A stretch of 64,000 nt of DNA from an uncultured candidate division Zixibacteria bacterium (GCA_963801605.1 CAWDFP010000007.1:1-64000), one strand, 5' to 3'. Positions 40,589-50,793 are shown, counted from the stretch's first letter. Notes: generated from the letters alone by a model not told the origin. Program-made: numbers and translations.

Positions 40589-40721
40589 AACTCATTATTA
40601 AGTATTATTATCATTATATATTATAGCGTCTTAGCGTCACCTTTCATAATATCAAATATGTTATTGGGTTGATAATATTCCCTGCAATTGCCTATTAGAT
40701 AATATGATAACCATGGAATAA

Positions 40722-40737
40722 CGGCACCCAATTTGCA
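40722..40737 (+). promoter_or_regulatory. Sigma54 -24/-12 promoter
   Basis: CGGCAC-CCAAT-TTGCA, matching TGGCAC-N5-TTGCA; immediately downstream of a bEBP gene. Confidence 0.75.
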
Positions 40738-40793
40738 GTATAATATTGTGGGACCGGGACCACGCCTCAGGCGGGATTGTACGTTTGTCCCAA

Positions 40794-41270
40794 ATGTGTA
40801 TGCCAAAAAAGCTAAAAAACATCCTTGATGCTGATCGGCTCTATAAAGACCCAATGGCATTTAAGGCGCGAGCGCTTGAAGAGATAAAGCGCGCTAAACG
40901 CTATGCTACTTTTGTCTCTATGATCGCCCTGGACCTGACGCATATAGATGCTTTCAGCGATATCGAAAAGTTTAAAAGCTACGAAGACTTTATCGCATCA
41001 TTTAGGAAACTCATAAGGGGCTCAATCCGAGAAACCGACATACTTGGCATTTATAATAGAAACAGGGCCTTTATCCTTCTCTTAGATACTCCTCGCGAAG
41101 GGGCCGAGGTTCTTGAGGAACGACTTAAAACAGCGCTTCGTTATTTCATGGCCGGTTATATTAAATCGCCCTTAAACTGGCATGTGCCCATGAAAGAATA
41201 CAGCTTCCCCAATGCCTCGAATGACGATTTAGGCTTCCAGGCTTTTATCGATAATATAGACGAGAACTGA
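40794..41270 (+). CDS. Stand-alone degenerate GGDEF-like domain with intact RxxD I-site (putative c-di-GMP receptor)
   Basis: EEIKRAKRY...SMIALD...IRETD-ILGIY-NRNRA-FILLLDT...GAEVLEERL aligns with the GGDEF core, with the A-site replaced. Confidence 0.65.
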   Translation: MCMPKKLKNILDADRLYKDPMAFKARALEEIKRAKRYATFVSMIALDLTHIDAFSDIEKFKSYEDFIASFRKLIRGSIRETDILGIYNRNRAFILLLDTPREGAEVLEERLKTALRYFMAGYIKSPLNWHVPMKEYSFPNASNDDLGFQAFIDNIDEN

Positions 41271-41322
41271 AATATTATCGCACTCCCTAACCTTCTATAA
41301 TCCATACTAAAACTCTGTTATA

Positions 41323-41351
41323 TTGACATGGTTGGTATTATTGATTAGTAT
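41323..41351 (+). promoter_or_regulatory. Sigma70 promoter of yitJ
   Basis: TTGACA-N17-TAGTAT, 11 nt before the ATG. Confidence 0.65.
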
Positions 41352-41362
41352 TCAAAAAGTTT

Positions 41363-43198
41363 ATGGCTATTAATCTACGCGAGAAACTTGACGCTGGCAT
41401 TCTTATTTGCGATGGCGCCATGGGGACCTATCTCAACCAAAAGGGGATCTCCTATGACCGCTGTTTCGATGAGCTTAATATTTCGGCGCCCCATCTGGTG
41501 GGCGAGGTGCATCGCGAATATATCGAGGCCGGAGCCGAAATCATTGAAACCAATACTTTCGGCGGCAATCGTTACCGCTTGACTGCTCATGGCTTAGAGC
41601 AAAGCCTCAGAGATATAAATCTGGCTGGCGCCAGGATCGCTCGTGAGGCCCGCGAGGTTTCCGGTATTGATGTTCTGGTGGCCGGATCAATAGGCCCGCT
41701 CGGCAAGCCGCTGGAGCCAATCGGCAAAATTAAACTTTTCGATGCTAAAAATGCTTTTGCTGAGCAGGCTGAGGCTCTCCTCGAGGGTGGCGTCGATTTC
41801 TTTATGATCGAAACCATTTCCAGTCTCGATGAAATGGAAATTGCTATACAGGCTATCAGGGCTGCCTGTGATCTGCCTATCGTTGCTCAGATGACTTTTA
41901 CCGCTGAGGGAAGTACTTATTTCGGGCATACACCGGCCGAAATGGTGGCCAGGTTACTTCCGCTTCGGGTTGATGTTATCGGAGCTAACTGTTCCGTAGG
42001 GCCCCAGAAAATGCTTGATGTCATCGAGCAGCTCTCCGAGCTCGGCGTGGGGTATATCTCCGCTCAACCTAACGCCGGCCTTCCGCGTTACTATGGAGGA
42101 CGGTTCATCTATCTCTCCTCACCCGATTATTTCGCGGAGTATGCCAAATCGTTTGTCAAAGCGGGCGCGTTGATTGTTGGGGGATGCTGTGGGACTACGC
42201 CGGATCATATTGCGGCCGTGGTTAAGGCCACAAAGGGATCAGTTGTTAGCAAAAGAACAAGTACCGTTAGAGTAAATGGGACCGGCATCATCAAAGCAGT
42301 TGAACCGGCTGGAGGAGCCAAAACAAGATTATATGAAAAGCTTACCAGCGGCTTTGCCGTATCCGTTGAAATAGATCCTCCCAAAGGGACAAATCCCGCC
42401 AAATTGGTTGAGGCTGCCAGCAAGATTCTCGATGCTGGGGCCGATGCCGTCAACGTTGCCGATTCGCCGATGGCGCGCGTTAGGATGAGCTGTATGGCCC
42501 TGGCCTATTTGATAGCGTCATCAGTTGATATCGATATAGTTCTGCATTTTACAACTCGCGACCGAAATCTGATGGGTCTTCAGGCTGATCTCATTGGCGC
42601 TAATGCGATCGGCATCCACAATATCCTGGCTCTTACGGGCGATCCGCCCTCCATAGGCGATTACCCTCAAGCTACGGCTGTTTATGATGTGGACTCGATT
42701 GGATTGGTGAGAATTATTTCGCGTTTGAACTCCGGCGCCGATTTAGCAGGCAATTCAATCGGCAAACCAACTGCTCTTTCGATAGGGGTCGGCGTAAATC
42801 CAACATCCCCCAACCAGGATCTTGAGCTTAAGCGTTTGAGAGAAAAACTTGACGCCGGCGGTCAGTATATCATGACTCAGCCTCTTTACGAACTGGATCA
42901 TCTCAAAAGGTTCGTAGACAGTTTTAAGCCTAATGTGCCGGTTCTGCTCGGCGTATTGCCATTGGTAAATTTCAAGCACGCCCAGTTCCTGCACAACGAG
43001 GTCCCCGGAATTGAAATTCCCGAACGAACCAGATCGATTATGCTGAAAGCGGGAGAACGGTCAGCGCAAACGGGCGGTGAACTTGCCGAGGAATTTATTG
43101 AGCAAGCCAGGGGATATGTAACCGGTATTTATCTCATGCCATCATTTGGTCGGTTTGAAACCTGTATCGAACTGGTCAAGCATCTCAAGCAGAAATAG
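41363..43198 (+). CDS. yitJ: Bifunctional homocysteine S-methyltransferase / 5,10-methylenetetrahydrofolate reductase
   Basis: DGAMGT, ETNTFG, GANC, PNAGLP, GGCCGT; MTHFR half VEIDPP, RDRNLMGLQ, ALTGDP, TQP, HNEVPG. Confidence 0.94.
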   Translation: MAINLREKLDAGILICDGAMGTYLNQKGISYDRCFDELNISAPHLVGEVHREYIEAGAEIIETNTFGGNRYRLTAHGLEQSLRDINLAGARIAREAREVSGIDVLVAGSIGPLGKPLEPIGKIKLFDAKNAFAEQAEALLEGGVDFFMIETISSLDEMEIAIQAIRAACDLPIVAQMTFTAEGSTYFGHTPAEMVARLLPLRVDVIGANCSVGPQKMLDVIEQLSELGVGYISAQPNAGLPRYYGGRFIYLSSPDYFAEYAKSFVKAGALIVGGCCGTTPDHIAAVVKATKGSVVSKRTSTVRVNGTGIIKAVEPAGGAKTRLYEKLTSGFAVSVEIDPPKGTNPAKLVEAASKILDAGADAVNVADSPMARVRMSCMALAYLIASSVDIDIVLHFTTRDRNLMGLQADLIGANAIGIHNILALTGDPPSIGDYPQATAVYDVDSIGLVRIISRLNSGADLAGNSIGKPTALSIGVGVNPTSPNQDLELKRLREKLDAGGQYIMTQPLYELDHLKRFVDSFKPNVPVLLGVLPLVNFKHAQFLHNEVPGIEIPERTRSIMLKAGERSAQTGGELAEEFIEQARGYVTGIYLMPSFGRFETCIELVKHLKQK

Positions 43199-43221
43199 TT
43201 TGCTGTGCGAAAAGGCTGTCT

Positions 43222-43271
43222 CGCGGGTTCCGCGGCCCCGACAAGGTCGGGGCATCGAAATCCGATTGGGG
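43222..43271 (+). repeat. Structured repeat copy C
   Basis: CGCGGGTTCCGCG-[GCCCCGAC-AAG-GTCGGGGC]-ATCGAAATCCGATTGGGG. Confidence 0.85.
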
Positions 43272-43374
43272 GGCTTCCCATCGGGCATTCGCGTCCGTTT
43301 ATAGGCTTCTGAGAATTGACTTCATTATCTTGGGATTTTCATAATAGATTCTGAAATCCAGCTCTCCGGGCAAT

Positions 43375-43427
43375 CCCCAATCGGATTTCTTGCTATCGGT
43401 CCTCCGGACCGATAGGCGGAACCCGCG
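43375..43427 (-). repeat. Structured repeat copy D, inverted relative to C
   Basis: Minus strand CGCGGGTTCCGC-[CTATCGGTCC-GGA-GGACCGATAG]-CAAGAAATCCGATTGGGG. Confidence 0.85.
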
Positions 43428-43465
43428 GCCGAGTAATTCTCTTCGATATGGTACTCGAAACACCC

Positions 43466-43509
43466 AAAAAAATAATGCCGCCCGGAAACGATTACCTGGC
43501 GGCACTATT
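43466..43509 (-). terminator. Intrinsic terminator of lepB
   Basis: Minus strand AATAGTGCCGCCAGG-loop-CCGGGCGGCATTATT followed by a T tract. Confidence 0.75.
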
Positions 43510-43526
43510 AAACTTGTTTGGTTTAT

Positions 43527-44361
43527 CTATCTAATTATCGTCCCGATTCGTGACCAGCGTACTCTTTCCGGAAGATGATAAATATTGAAAGCTACGTTCT
43601 GGACTATCGAAAGCGGATTGGCGGCTGCGATCTCCGGCGGTTTGGGAAAATGCACATCGGGGTCGCTCGGATCATACGACTGCCAGGACCAATGGATCAT
43701 CATCGCTTTGCCTTGTACCAGGCGACGATCTAAAAATCCCCAATAACGCGAATCTGCCGAGTTATCGCGATTATCGCCCATCATAAATAGCTTTCCCTTG
43801 GGGACCACAATTTCAGGCATGTTGTCGCGGTTGCCTTCGGTTTCATAATACCCGCCGGCGTTATCCCAGGTATAATTGCCGGCTTTCCACACTTTCTCTT
43901 CGGTGTGCGGAAGCATCGGCCAGGCTGAACTTGCGTATTGCCCATGTGGTGGAAGCGGCACTAATTTATCATCGACATAAACCTGTTTATCGACAATTTT
44001 GACTTTTTGGCCCTCGATCGCGATACAGCGCTTGATATAATTCTGACGGGTATCTCCGGGGAATTTAAAAATGATGATATCGCCGGGCTTGGGTTCGGCT
44101 AAGGCTGGAAGCCTGATATCGGTAAACGGTATAGGCAAACGCATTCCATAGACGAATTTATTGGCTAATAGGAAATCTCCGACCAAAAGAGTTTTTTCCA
44201 TCGAGCCTGATGGTATCTTATATGCCTCTACAACCGAGGCTTTAATCATCAGGGCCAATATTAGGGCTACTCCCAAGAGATTGGGTGTAATCCCATACGG
44301 TTTCAAGGAATGTGCGGTTTTGCTTTACTTTTTTCGGCTTTTTCTTGGAGAACAGTGACAT
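43527..44361 (-). CDS. lepB: Signal peptidase I; apparent frameshift near 44273
   Basis: AAGGAG RBS, MSLFSKKKPKK...WDYTQSL joined to GVALILAL; IPSGSM, YIKR, MGDNRDNSADSRYWG. Confidence 0.95.
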
Positions 44362-44599
44362 TAACGCTCCTTTTAGAAAGCTGCTTATTCAGCTAATTCT
44401 ACCCTTTTTATCCACAAAAGGTTGCATAAATCTAACACAATATAAGCTTTTAATCAAATTTAATTCATTAGCGATAACTGCCAAATTTCATGGCTTTTAG
44501 TCCGTAAAAGTATTATTTAAAATTGCTCCTCACATTCTATTTATAATATGTCAAATAAAAATACTTGAACGAACTTTAATCTGATAGTATATGCAAAGC

Positions 44600-45082
44600 A
44601 TGATAGCCAAATCGGGACCATCCGGAAATGACGGGATCAAGGTCGTGGCCACCAACCGCAAGGCTCGTCACGACTTCGAGATATTGGAATCGTTTGAGGC
44701 CGGGCTGTCGCTTCTTGGAAGCGAGGTCAAATCGCTTCGGGATGGCAAAGCCACACTTAAGGACTCTTATGCCACTGCGGCGTCCGATGGTGTTATCCTT
44801 CATAATATGCATATTGCGCCTTATGAGAAGACAGGCTATGCCGGCCATGAACCTGAACGAGCCAGGCGGCTTCTGCTTCATGATCGAGAAATCCGCAAAC
44901 TAATCGCACTTTCTGACGAGAAAGGGTTGACACTTATCCCGTTAAGGCTTTATTTCAAGGGAAAGTATGCCAAGGTCGAATTGGCCGTGGCACGCGGCAA
45001 ACGTCAATATGATAAGCGGGCCGCCATTATTGAACGCGAAACCAGGCGGGATATCGATCGGGAATTTAAGCGCCGTCGATGA
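44600..45082 (+). CDS. smpB: SsrA-binding protein (alternative ATG at 44591)
   Basis: NRKARHDF, EAGL.L.GSEVKSLR, LLLH, GKRQYDKR. Confidence 0.96.
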   Translation: MIAKSGPSGNDGIKVVATNRKARHDFEILESFEAGLSLLGSEVKSLRDGKATLKDSYATAASDGVILHNMHIAPYEKTGYAGHEPERARRLLLHDREIRKLIALSDEKGLTLIPLRLYFKGKYAKVELAVARGKRQYDKRAAIIERETRRDIDREFKRRR

Positions 45083-45113
45083 ACAAGCCTGCCTTGATGG
45101 GGTATAAAACTTG

Positions 45114-46580
45114 ATGCGAAATTACTTTCTGGTACTTTTAATTATAGCCTTTGCTTTTATCCCTATAGCTTATGGCCAAACGCCTGCAAGCGGCGGCGGG
45201 GATATTGAATCTTATCAAATCGATGGTGATACTTATGTCAAATCAAGCGCTGTCGCCCAATTTTTGGGCGGCACCGAAAGCGTTGATTTCCTGTCCAAGA
45301 GAGGCAAAACCGATTTTAATGGCATCAGTATCGAATATTCTCTTTTCTCGCCATTTATCAAATCCGGTGATGATATCTACAATATCTACAAACCGGTTAT
45401 ATTTCAGGATGGCTCATTTCTGCTTCCGATCAATTACCTTATTTCGGTGCTAAATAAGATATCCAACCAGGAATACGCTTGGGCCGGGAAAAGCCTCAAA
45501 GTATCCAGCCCGGAGTTTAACGTTACCGGTATCAGCGCCTCGCAGAAAATAAATGGCCTTCTTATTGAAATAAATATGAAGGAAAATCTGAAATTCGATG
45601 CCATGAAAACGGATGATAACTGGTTGGCGGTTACCATATCCGATGGCAAGATAGATTCGATGGCGTTCCGTAAACGAATTCCCGCTAAGGCGATTTACGA
45701 GGTTAAAACTTATCAGTTCGATAATTCATGCCAGGTTTCAATTCGGCTTCGTCCCCGGGAATTCACCTATACCGCCAAAGTCAAAGAAGACCCTCTTCGC
45801 ATTCAGTTCCTTATCAGGGGCGATGGTTTTTCTGATTCGGCTATGATTGCCGAGGAAAAAGCTCCTCTTTCCGATAATCCCATCGATGTCATTGTCATCG
45901 ATCCCGGTCATGGCGGTGAGGATAACGGCGCGGTTGGACCTACCGGCACCAAGGAAAAGAATATCACCCTGAAAATTGCCAATGAGCTTTATAAACTCCT
46001 CAAAGACGATGGCCGATTCAAGCCGGTTTTGACTCGTCAGGATGATGTCTTTGTCCCGCTGTCTCAAAGGACCGCTCTGGCCAATTCGGTCGGCGGAGAT
46101 ATTTTAGTTTCGATCCACACCAACGCCGCCAAGAATAAAAAAGCGACCGGCGCCATCGCGTTTTTCCTGGCCGACGCCAAAACCGATCAGGCCCGCGCTG
46201 CCGCCAGTCTTGAGAACAGCGCCATTCGATTTGAAAAATCCGATGAGCAAAAGCAATACGACACCGATCTTGATTTTACGCTCCGCGATATGGTGCAGAC
46301 TGAATATCAACGAGAGTCCGCCGATTTCGCCGATATTATGGTAAAGGATATGACCAGCCTTACCGATGTTGCCTCGCGCGGAGTCGACCAGGCTGGATTT
46401 TTCGTACTCGATAAAGCCTATATGCCGGCCGTGCTTCTGGAAACCGCTTTTATTTCCAATAACAGCGATGAGAAAAAACTCAAGAGGGATGATTTCCAGA
46501 AGAAAACCGCCAAAGCCATATATGATTCCATAGTCTCTTTCAAGGAAAGATATGAAAGCCAGAACCGATCATCGCACTAA
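45114..46580 (+). CDS. N-acetylmuramoyl-L-alanine amidase (Amidase_3, AmiC-like)
   Basis: Signal peptide; VIDPGHGG, EK, LTR.DD, SIHTNA, PAVLLETAFISN. Confidence 0.93.
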   Translation: MRNYFLVLLIIAFAFIPIAYGQTPASGGGDIESYQIDGDTYVKSSAVAQFLGGTESVDFLSKRGKTDFNGISIEYSLFSPFIKSGDDIYNIYKPVIFQDGSFLLPINYLISVLNKISNQEYAWAGKSLKVSSPEFNVTGISASQKINGLLIEINMKENLKFDAMKTDDNWLAVTISDGKIDSMAFRKRIPAKAIYEVKTYQFDNSCQVSIRLRPREFTYTAKVKEDPLRIQFLIRGDGFSDSAMIAEEKAPLSDNPIDVIVIDPGHGGEDNGAVGPTGTKEKNITLKIANELYKLLKDDGRFKPVLTRQDDVFVPLSQRTALANSVGGDILVSIHTNAAKNKKATGAIAFFLADAKTDQARAAASLENSAIRFEKSDEQKQYDTDLDFTLRDMVQTEYQRESADFADIMVKDMTSLTDVASRGVDQAGFFVLDKAYMPAVLLETAFISNNSDEKKLKRDDFQKKTAKAIYDSIVSFKERYESQNRSSH

Positions 46581-47376
46581 AGCCATTGGCGTTTTCGATT
46601 CCGGTATCGGCGGCCTGACAGTCGCCAAGGAGATTTTCCGGCTTCTTCCCAATGAGAACGTCGTCTATTTTGGCGATACCGGACGATATCCTTATGGCCC
46701 GCGTTCCCCTGAAATCGTTCGCAAATTCGCTCGTCAGGATGTTAATTTTCTGCTGGAGCATGATGTCAAATTTATCGTGGTGGCCTGCAATACCGCCTCG
46801 AGTTTGGCTCTCGGATATATTCAGCGTATCTATAATATCCCCATGCTGGGCGTTATCGAACCTGGCGCCAAAGGCGCGATCAACAAATCGGCCACCAAAC
46901 GGATCGGAGTAATCGGAACTCAGGGAACGATTAACTCTCTGGCCTACGAGAAAGCGCTTAAGGCCTTGGATGGTTCACTTCGAATCTATTCCCGCGCCTG
47001 CCCGCTTTTTGTGGCGCTCGCGGAGGAAGGATATATCGATCAGCCCGCCACCAGGCTTATCACCGAGGATTATCTCAGCGAACTTAAAAATAAAAAGATC
47101 GATACGCTTATTTTCGGATGCACCCATTATCCGCTTCTGAAACACACCATTGCGGCCGTCATGGGTAATGGCGTCAGGCTGATCGATTCCGCCGAGGAAA
47201 CCGCTCGGGCCACTCAACAGGCCCTGAGTTCGCTCGATCTGCTCAGCCCTTCAACCATTGCAGGAAAACGACAGTTTTTCGTATCCGATTCCCCCGACAA
47301 ATTCAAGCGTATCGGCCGGCTTTTTCTGGGTACCAGGATCGGTAAAGTCGGCCTGGTCGATATCAATTCGTATTAA
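46552..47376 (+). CDS. murI: Glutamate racemase
   Basis: FDSGIGGLTV, PYG, ACNTAS, GCTHYP. Confidence 0.96.
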   Translation: MKARTDHRTKAIGVFDSGIGGLTVAKEIFRLLPNENVVYFGDTGRYPYGPRSPEIVRKFARQDVNFLLEHDVKFIVVACNTASSLALGYIQRIYNIPMLGVIEPGAKGAINKSATKRIGVIGTQGTINSLAYEKALKALDGSLRIYSRACPLFVALAEEGYIDQPATRLITEDYLSELKNKKIDTLIFGCTHYPLLKHTIAAVMGNGVRLIDSAEETARATQQALSSLDLLSPSTIAGKRQFFVSDSPDKFKRIGRLFLGTRIGKVGLVDINSY

Positions 47377-47402
47377 TTAATCCAAATTACTGATTTAATC
47401 TT

Positions 47403-47999
47403 GTGAAAAAGCTCATACTGGCTACAAATAATATTCATAAGATCTCTGAGATGACCGAAATTCTGACAGGTCTCAATTTGGAGATTCTATCTGCCAGGGA
47501 TTTCCCTGATTTCCCGGATGTTGAGGAAACGGGGGAGACGATGCTTGAAAATGCGATCCTGAAGGTTACAGCCGTTTGGGATAAATATCATTTGCCCGCG
47601 GTCGCCGACGATACCGGTCTGGAGGTTGATTACCTGGGTGGGGCGCCGGGGGTTTACTCCGCGCGTTTTGCCGGTCCGGGATGCTCCTTTGCCGACAATA
47701 ACCATAAACTCCTGTCGCTGTTGAAAAACGTTCCCGATGAGGAACGAGGGGCGCGTTTCAAATGCGTTATTTCTTTCGCTGACGAAACCGGTAAAGTTTT
47801 TTCGGTCGAGGGAATCCTGAATGGGAAAATCGCGTCGTATCCGAGCGGCAAACACGGCTTTGGTTATGATCCTATTTTTATTGTGGAGGAAACAGGCAAG
47901 ACTTTGGCCGAGTTGCCCGCGGCCGAAAAGAATAAGATCTCTCATCGCGGCCGGGCATTGGCTAAGATTCGTCCCTTCATCGAGCTTGCTCTGGGATAG
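47403..47999 (+). CDS. rdgB: XTP/dITP diphosphatase (HAM1/RdgB)
   Basis: ATNN.HK, DDTGL, PGVYSAR, GFGYDP, KNKISHR. Confidence 0.95.
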   Translation: MKKLILATNNIHKISEMTEILTGLNLEILSARDFPDFPDVEETGETMLENAILKVTAVWDKYHLPAVADDTGLEVDYLGGAPGVYSARFAGPGCSFADNNHKLLSLLKNVPDEERGARFKCVISFADETGKVFSVEGILNGKIASYPSGKHGFGYDPIFIVEETGKTLAELPAAEKNKISHRGRALAKIRPFIELALG

Positions 48000-48068
48000 T
48001 TCATCCTCTAAATAGTTTGATACCACACTTGATTTTATCGGTTTTACGATTTATATTCGCGCTTGAAA

Positions 48069-48142
48069 CGGGGCGTGGCGCAGCCTGGTAGCGCACATGG
48101 TTTGGGACCATGGGGCCGGAGGTTCAAATCCTCTCGCCCCGA
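48069..48142 (+). tRNA. tRNA-Pro(TGG); CCA not encoded
   Basis: Acceptor CGGGGCG/CGCCCCG, anticodon arm CATGG-TTTGGGA-CCATG, T-loop GTTCAAATC. Confidence 0.96.
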
Positions 48143-48211
48143 TTTTATCAGTTCAAAGTAATTTGTGCTGAGAATTAAAAATTGCAGTGATCAATATAAT
48201 TTTGAATTATT

Positions 48212-48285
48212 GCCCCCGTAGCTCAACTGGATAGAGCAGCTGCCTTCTAAGTAGCAGGTTAGCCGTTCGAGACGGCTCGGGGGTA
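48212..48285 (+). tRNA. tRNA-Arg(TCT); CCA not encoded
   Basis: Acceptor GCCCCCG/CGGGGGT, anticodon arm GCTGC-CTTCTAA-GTAGC, T-arm AGCCG-TTCGAGA-CGGCT. Confidence 0.96.
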
Positions 48286-48300
48286 ATTGATTTATTTGTC

Positions 48301-48831
48301 TTACTCCGCAGGGTACCATACTTTCACGCCGTCCACTTTTGCAAATGATGTCAGCCGATGCAGGCTGGCCGATTTGGCCGATGAAATATGACGCACCTCG
48401 ATACCGCGAGCCGTTAGGGCATCTGCTATCAGGGAACGATGGCAATGGTAGGGATTTCCCTCGGCGCACATAATAGCGACTCGTTTTTTATCTGCAATAT
48501 CTATAAGTTCTTTGAGTGCCATTTCGAAATCCGAGCTTTGCATATAATCGGCGTAACCTCGAAAGCTGGCATTTTCCCAGGCAGTGTTGATTGAATCCTT
48601 TATGGGGTTTCTTAGCCCGCCCAATGCTTTTAGAGGATGATATTCCATACCTTCCAAAGGTAATTTTTCGGCAAGATTTTCAAGGTTGAAATGGGGATAA
48701 CGTCGGGATTTTGGAAGCGTTCTGACGTCCGCTAAAATTTCTATCTGATGCCCTTTGAGCATTTCGACAAAATTCTCGAATGGTTTTGTCGAATGCCCAA
48801 TTGTAAATATCTTTTTAATTTCGTTACTCAT
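48301..48831 (-). CDS. DUF488 family protein
   Basis: IFTIGHS, DVR..P.SR..PHFN, LGG.R, MCAE...CHR.LIAD. Confidence 0.9.
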   Translation of the reverse strand: MSNEIKKIFTIGHSTKPFENFVEMLKGHQIEILADVRTLPKSRRYPHFNLENLAEKLPLEGMEYHPLKALGGLRNPIKDSINTAWENASFRGYADYMQSSDFEMALKELIDIADKKRVAIMCAEGNPYHCHRSLIADALTARGIEVRHISSAKSASLHRLTSFAKVDGVKVWYPAE

Positions 48832-48864
48832 ACTGATTATACCCTTTGTTTCAGGAATATTTAT

Positions 48865-50340
48865 CTAAAAAATTGCTGCAAATAAGCTAAACACAATTCG
48901 GCCGACTTTGTATGGAATCAAACTCAATTCACCGACCCTCTTTGATATCCAGGGGATAAACTGCCGAGCACTAGAAAGCCGCTTGATAAAAGAATCGCCC
49001 ATATATTGAATCATGGTCGGTAAATCCTTTTCGGTCGGCTCGTGGAATCTAAGAACCATCAAGGCCGCCAGCATCCGCAGTAGGCTTGAGATAGCAAAGA
49101 GCAGATGATAATTGATCACCGTCTGCGGTCCCAACTGCCAGTGAATCTCTTTCCAGTTTTGAGCAAGTGTCCCGCCTAATATCGAGGCTATAAAAAACGC
49201 CAACCCCGTAATAACCGAAAAGACCGCCAAATACGCCGTCCGGCTTTGTTTCGGGCTGTTGGCAATCGGGATATTAAATGCCGCTAAATTGAATCCCGTC
49301 CAGAGTGCGCCGGAGTAGACAGCCTCGAAAGCCAGTATCCAGAGATGGCCCGGCCGAGGTATCCACCAGAGCAGCGGCACAAACGCGATTCCAAAAGCGC
49401 AGAAAACTATTATCGGTTTGGACCCGAATCTGTCAACCAACGCGCCCCAGGGCCTGTTGAGCAGCACCGCCGCAATCGATGATGCGCTGGCATAGATCGA
49501 AATCTGAGTAAAGCTCATCTTAAGAATGGAGATCATGTGAGCCGAGAAAAACGCGGCCGCGATCCCGCAGGCGAAATTCCATACTAAAAATATTTTAATA
49601 AGATGTCGGAAGTTCTTGTTCTTTAATGGCTCCTGTATATAGGTCCAGAGAATCTTTGATCTGGTTTGTTCCAATGGCCGATCCGGAAGCTTGTTCATTT
49701 GCATGATTGCGATCAATCCGAACGCACAGCCCAGTCCTATGATTATTGAAAAGCCCCATCCGGCATGATCTATTCCCTTAAAATAATCTAATACTGCCCC
49801 TCCGACCAGGGTCGCGGTAATCGTGGAAATCGCTATAATCCCGCTTCGAAAACCGAAATAACGCCCGCGTATGCGATCCGGCACCAGGTCTGCTACCCAT
49901 GACATCCAGGCGGCCGTTCCCATCATTGCCGCGATATTGGAGATGATTACGATAGCCAATAGTATTCCCAGCCCCCATTTATTATCGATAAGGGGGAGAG
50001 GCAAAAGCAGCCACCAGGTCTGACGGGCCATAACCAGGCTGCGAATAGTGATCGCTTTCCTTTTACCCGATAAATCCACCATATAAGCTGATGCTAATTG
50101 TGCCACCTGCGCCAAAAAGGGAATAGCCCCGAGAAGGCCGATCTCAAAATCGTTGGCGCCCATGAGTAACGCCAATCCTGTTAGAAAAGCCCCGCCGGTT
50201 AAAACGGCGAAAACCATCCCAAATGTGCCTTCAAGCGTGATCCACTCAAGCGATTTACGCAGGGTCGGTCCGCCGCTTGAAGAATTGCCTATATATGATG
50301 GCTCCAAATTGATAGAAGCCCCCGTTATATTCATATCCAC
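48865..50340 (-). CDS. MFS transporter
   Basis: ~12 TM; W..DLVP..IRGRYFG and WGALVDRFGSK loop motifs. Confidence 0.88.
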   Translation of the reverse strand: MDMNITGASINLEPSYIGNSSSGGPTLRKSLEWITLEGTFGMVFAVLTGGAFLTGLALLMGANDFEIGLLGAIPFLAQVAQLASAYMVDLSGKRKAITIRSLVMARQTWWLLLPLPLIDNKWGLGILLAIVIISNIAAMMGTAAWMSWVADLVPDRIRGRYFGFRSGIIAISTITATLVGGAVLDYFKGIDHAGWGFSIIIGLGCAFGLIAIMQMNKLPDRPLEQTRSKILWTYIQEPLKNKNFRHLIKIFLVWNFACGIAAAFFSAHMISILKMSFTQISIYASASSIAAVLLNRPWGALVDRFGSKPIIVFCAFGIAFVPLLWWIPRPGHLWILAFEAVYSGALWTGFNLAAFNIPIANSPKQSRTAYLAVFSVITGLAFFIASILGGTLAQNWKEIHWQLGPQTVINYHLLFAISSLLRMLAALMVLRFHEPTEKDLPTMIQYMGDSFIKRLSSARQFIPWISKRVGELSLIPYKVGRIVFSLFAAIF

Positions 50341-50607
50341 AAAATTATCCTGTTATCGGGATGATTCTTTAATAGCATGAATTGATGCGCCTTATTCCCA
50401 TTACATCCAAACATAGCTTTTTCGCGCCTGACGAAATAAATCATCTCCGTTGAATTCTTTATACTAAACAACCGTCAGGGCTCTCACATATCCCTGACGG
50501 CTGATAAAATACTTCTGGCGATTAATATGTCAAACAGATTCGAAATAAATCGTATTTGACAATTTATTAAATCCCGGAAGAAATTAAACCGGGCTAATCT
50601 CGCTATA

Positions 50608-50793
50608 TCAGGATGGCAACTCCAGAACGCCCTCGGCTCTCCAGGCGAGTTTGCGCAGGCATTCAGGACATACGTATGTTCCGTTGAAGAGGTCGATATC
50701 GGCAAATTTGACCTGGATATTGCACATCTCGCATGTAGCGATGCCAACCTTATCGAGTTTGGCCAGCATACTTTCGATCTCTTTTAGTTCCAT
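50608..50793 (-). CDS. Small putative zinc-ribbon protein (61 aa)
   Basis: GGAGA RBS; CEMC-X17-CPEC. Confidence 0.7.
   Translation of the reverse strand: MELKEIESMLAKLDKVGIATCEMCNIQVKFADIDLFNGTYVCPECLRKLAWRAEGVLELPS

Noticed and set aside
41271..41362. SAM riboswitch or T-box upstream of yitJ
   Set aside because: The interval is 92 nt and the promoter sits 11 nt from the ATG; no aptamer motifs.
31058..43427. Structured repeats as a CRISPR array or integron attC sites
   Set aside because: They are not tandem direct repeats with spacers, lack RYYYAAC/GTTRRRY ends, and no cas or intI gene is present.
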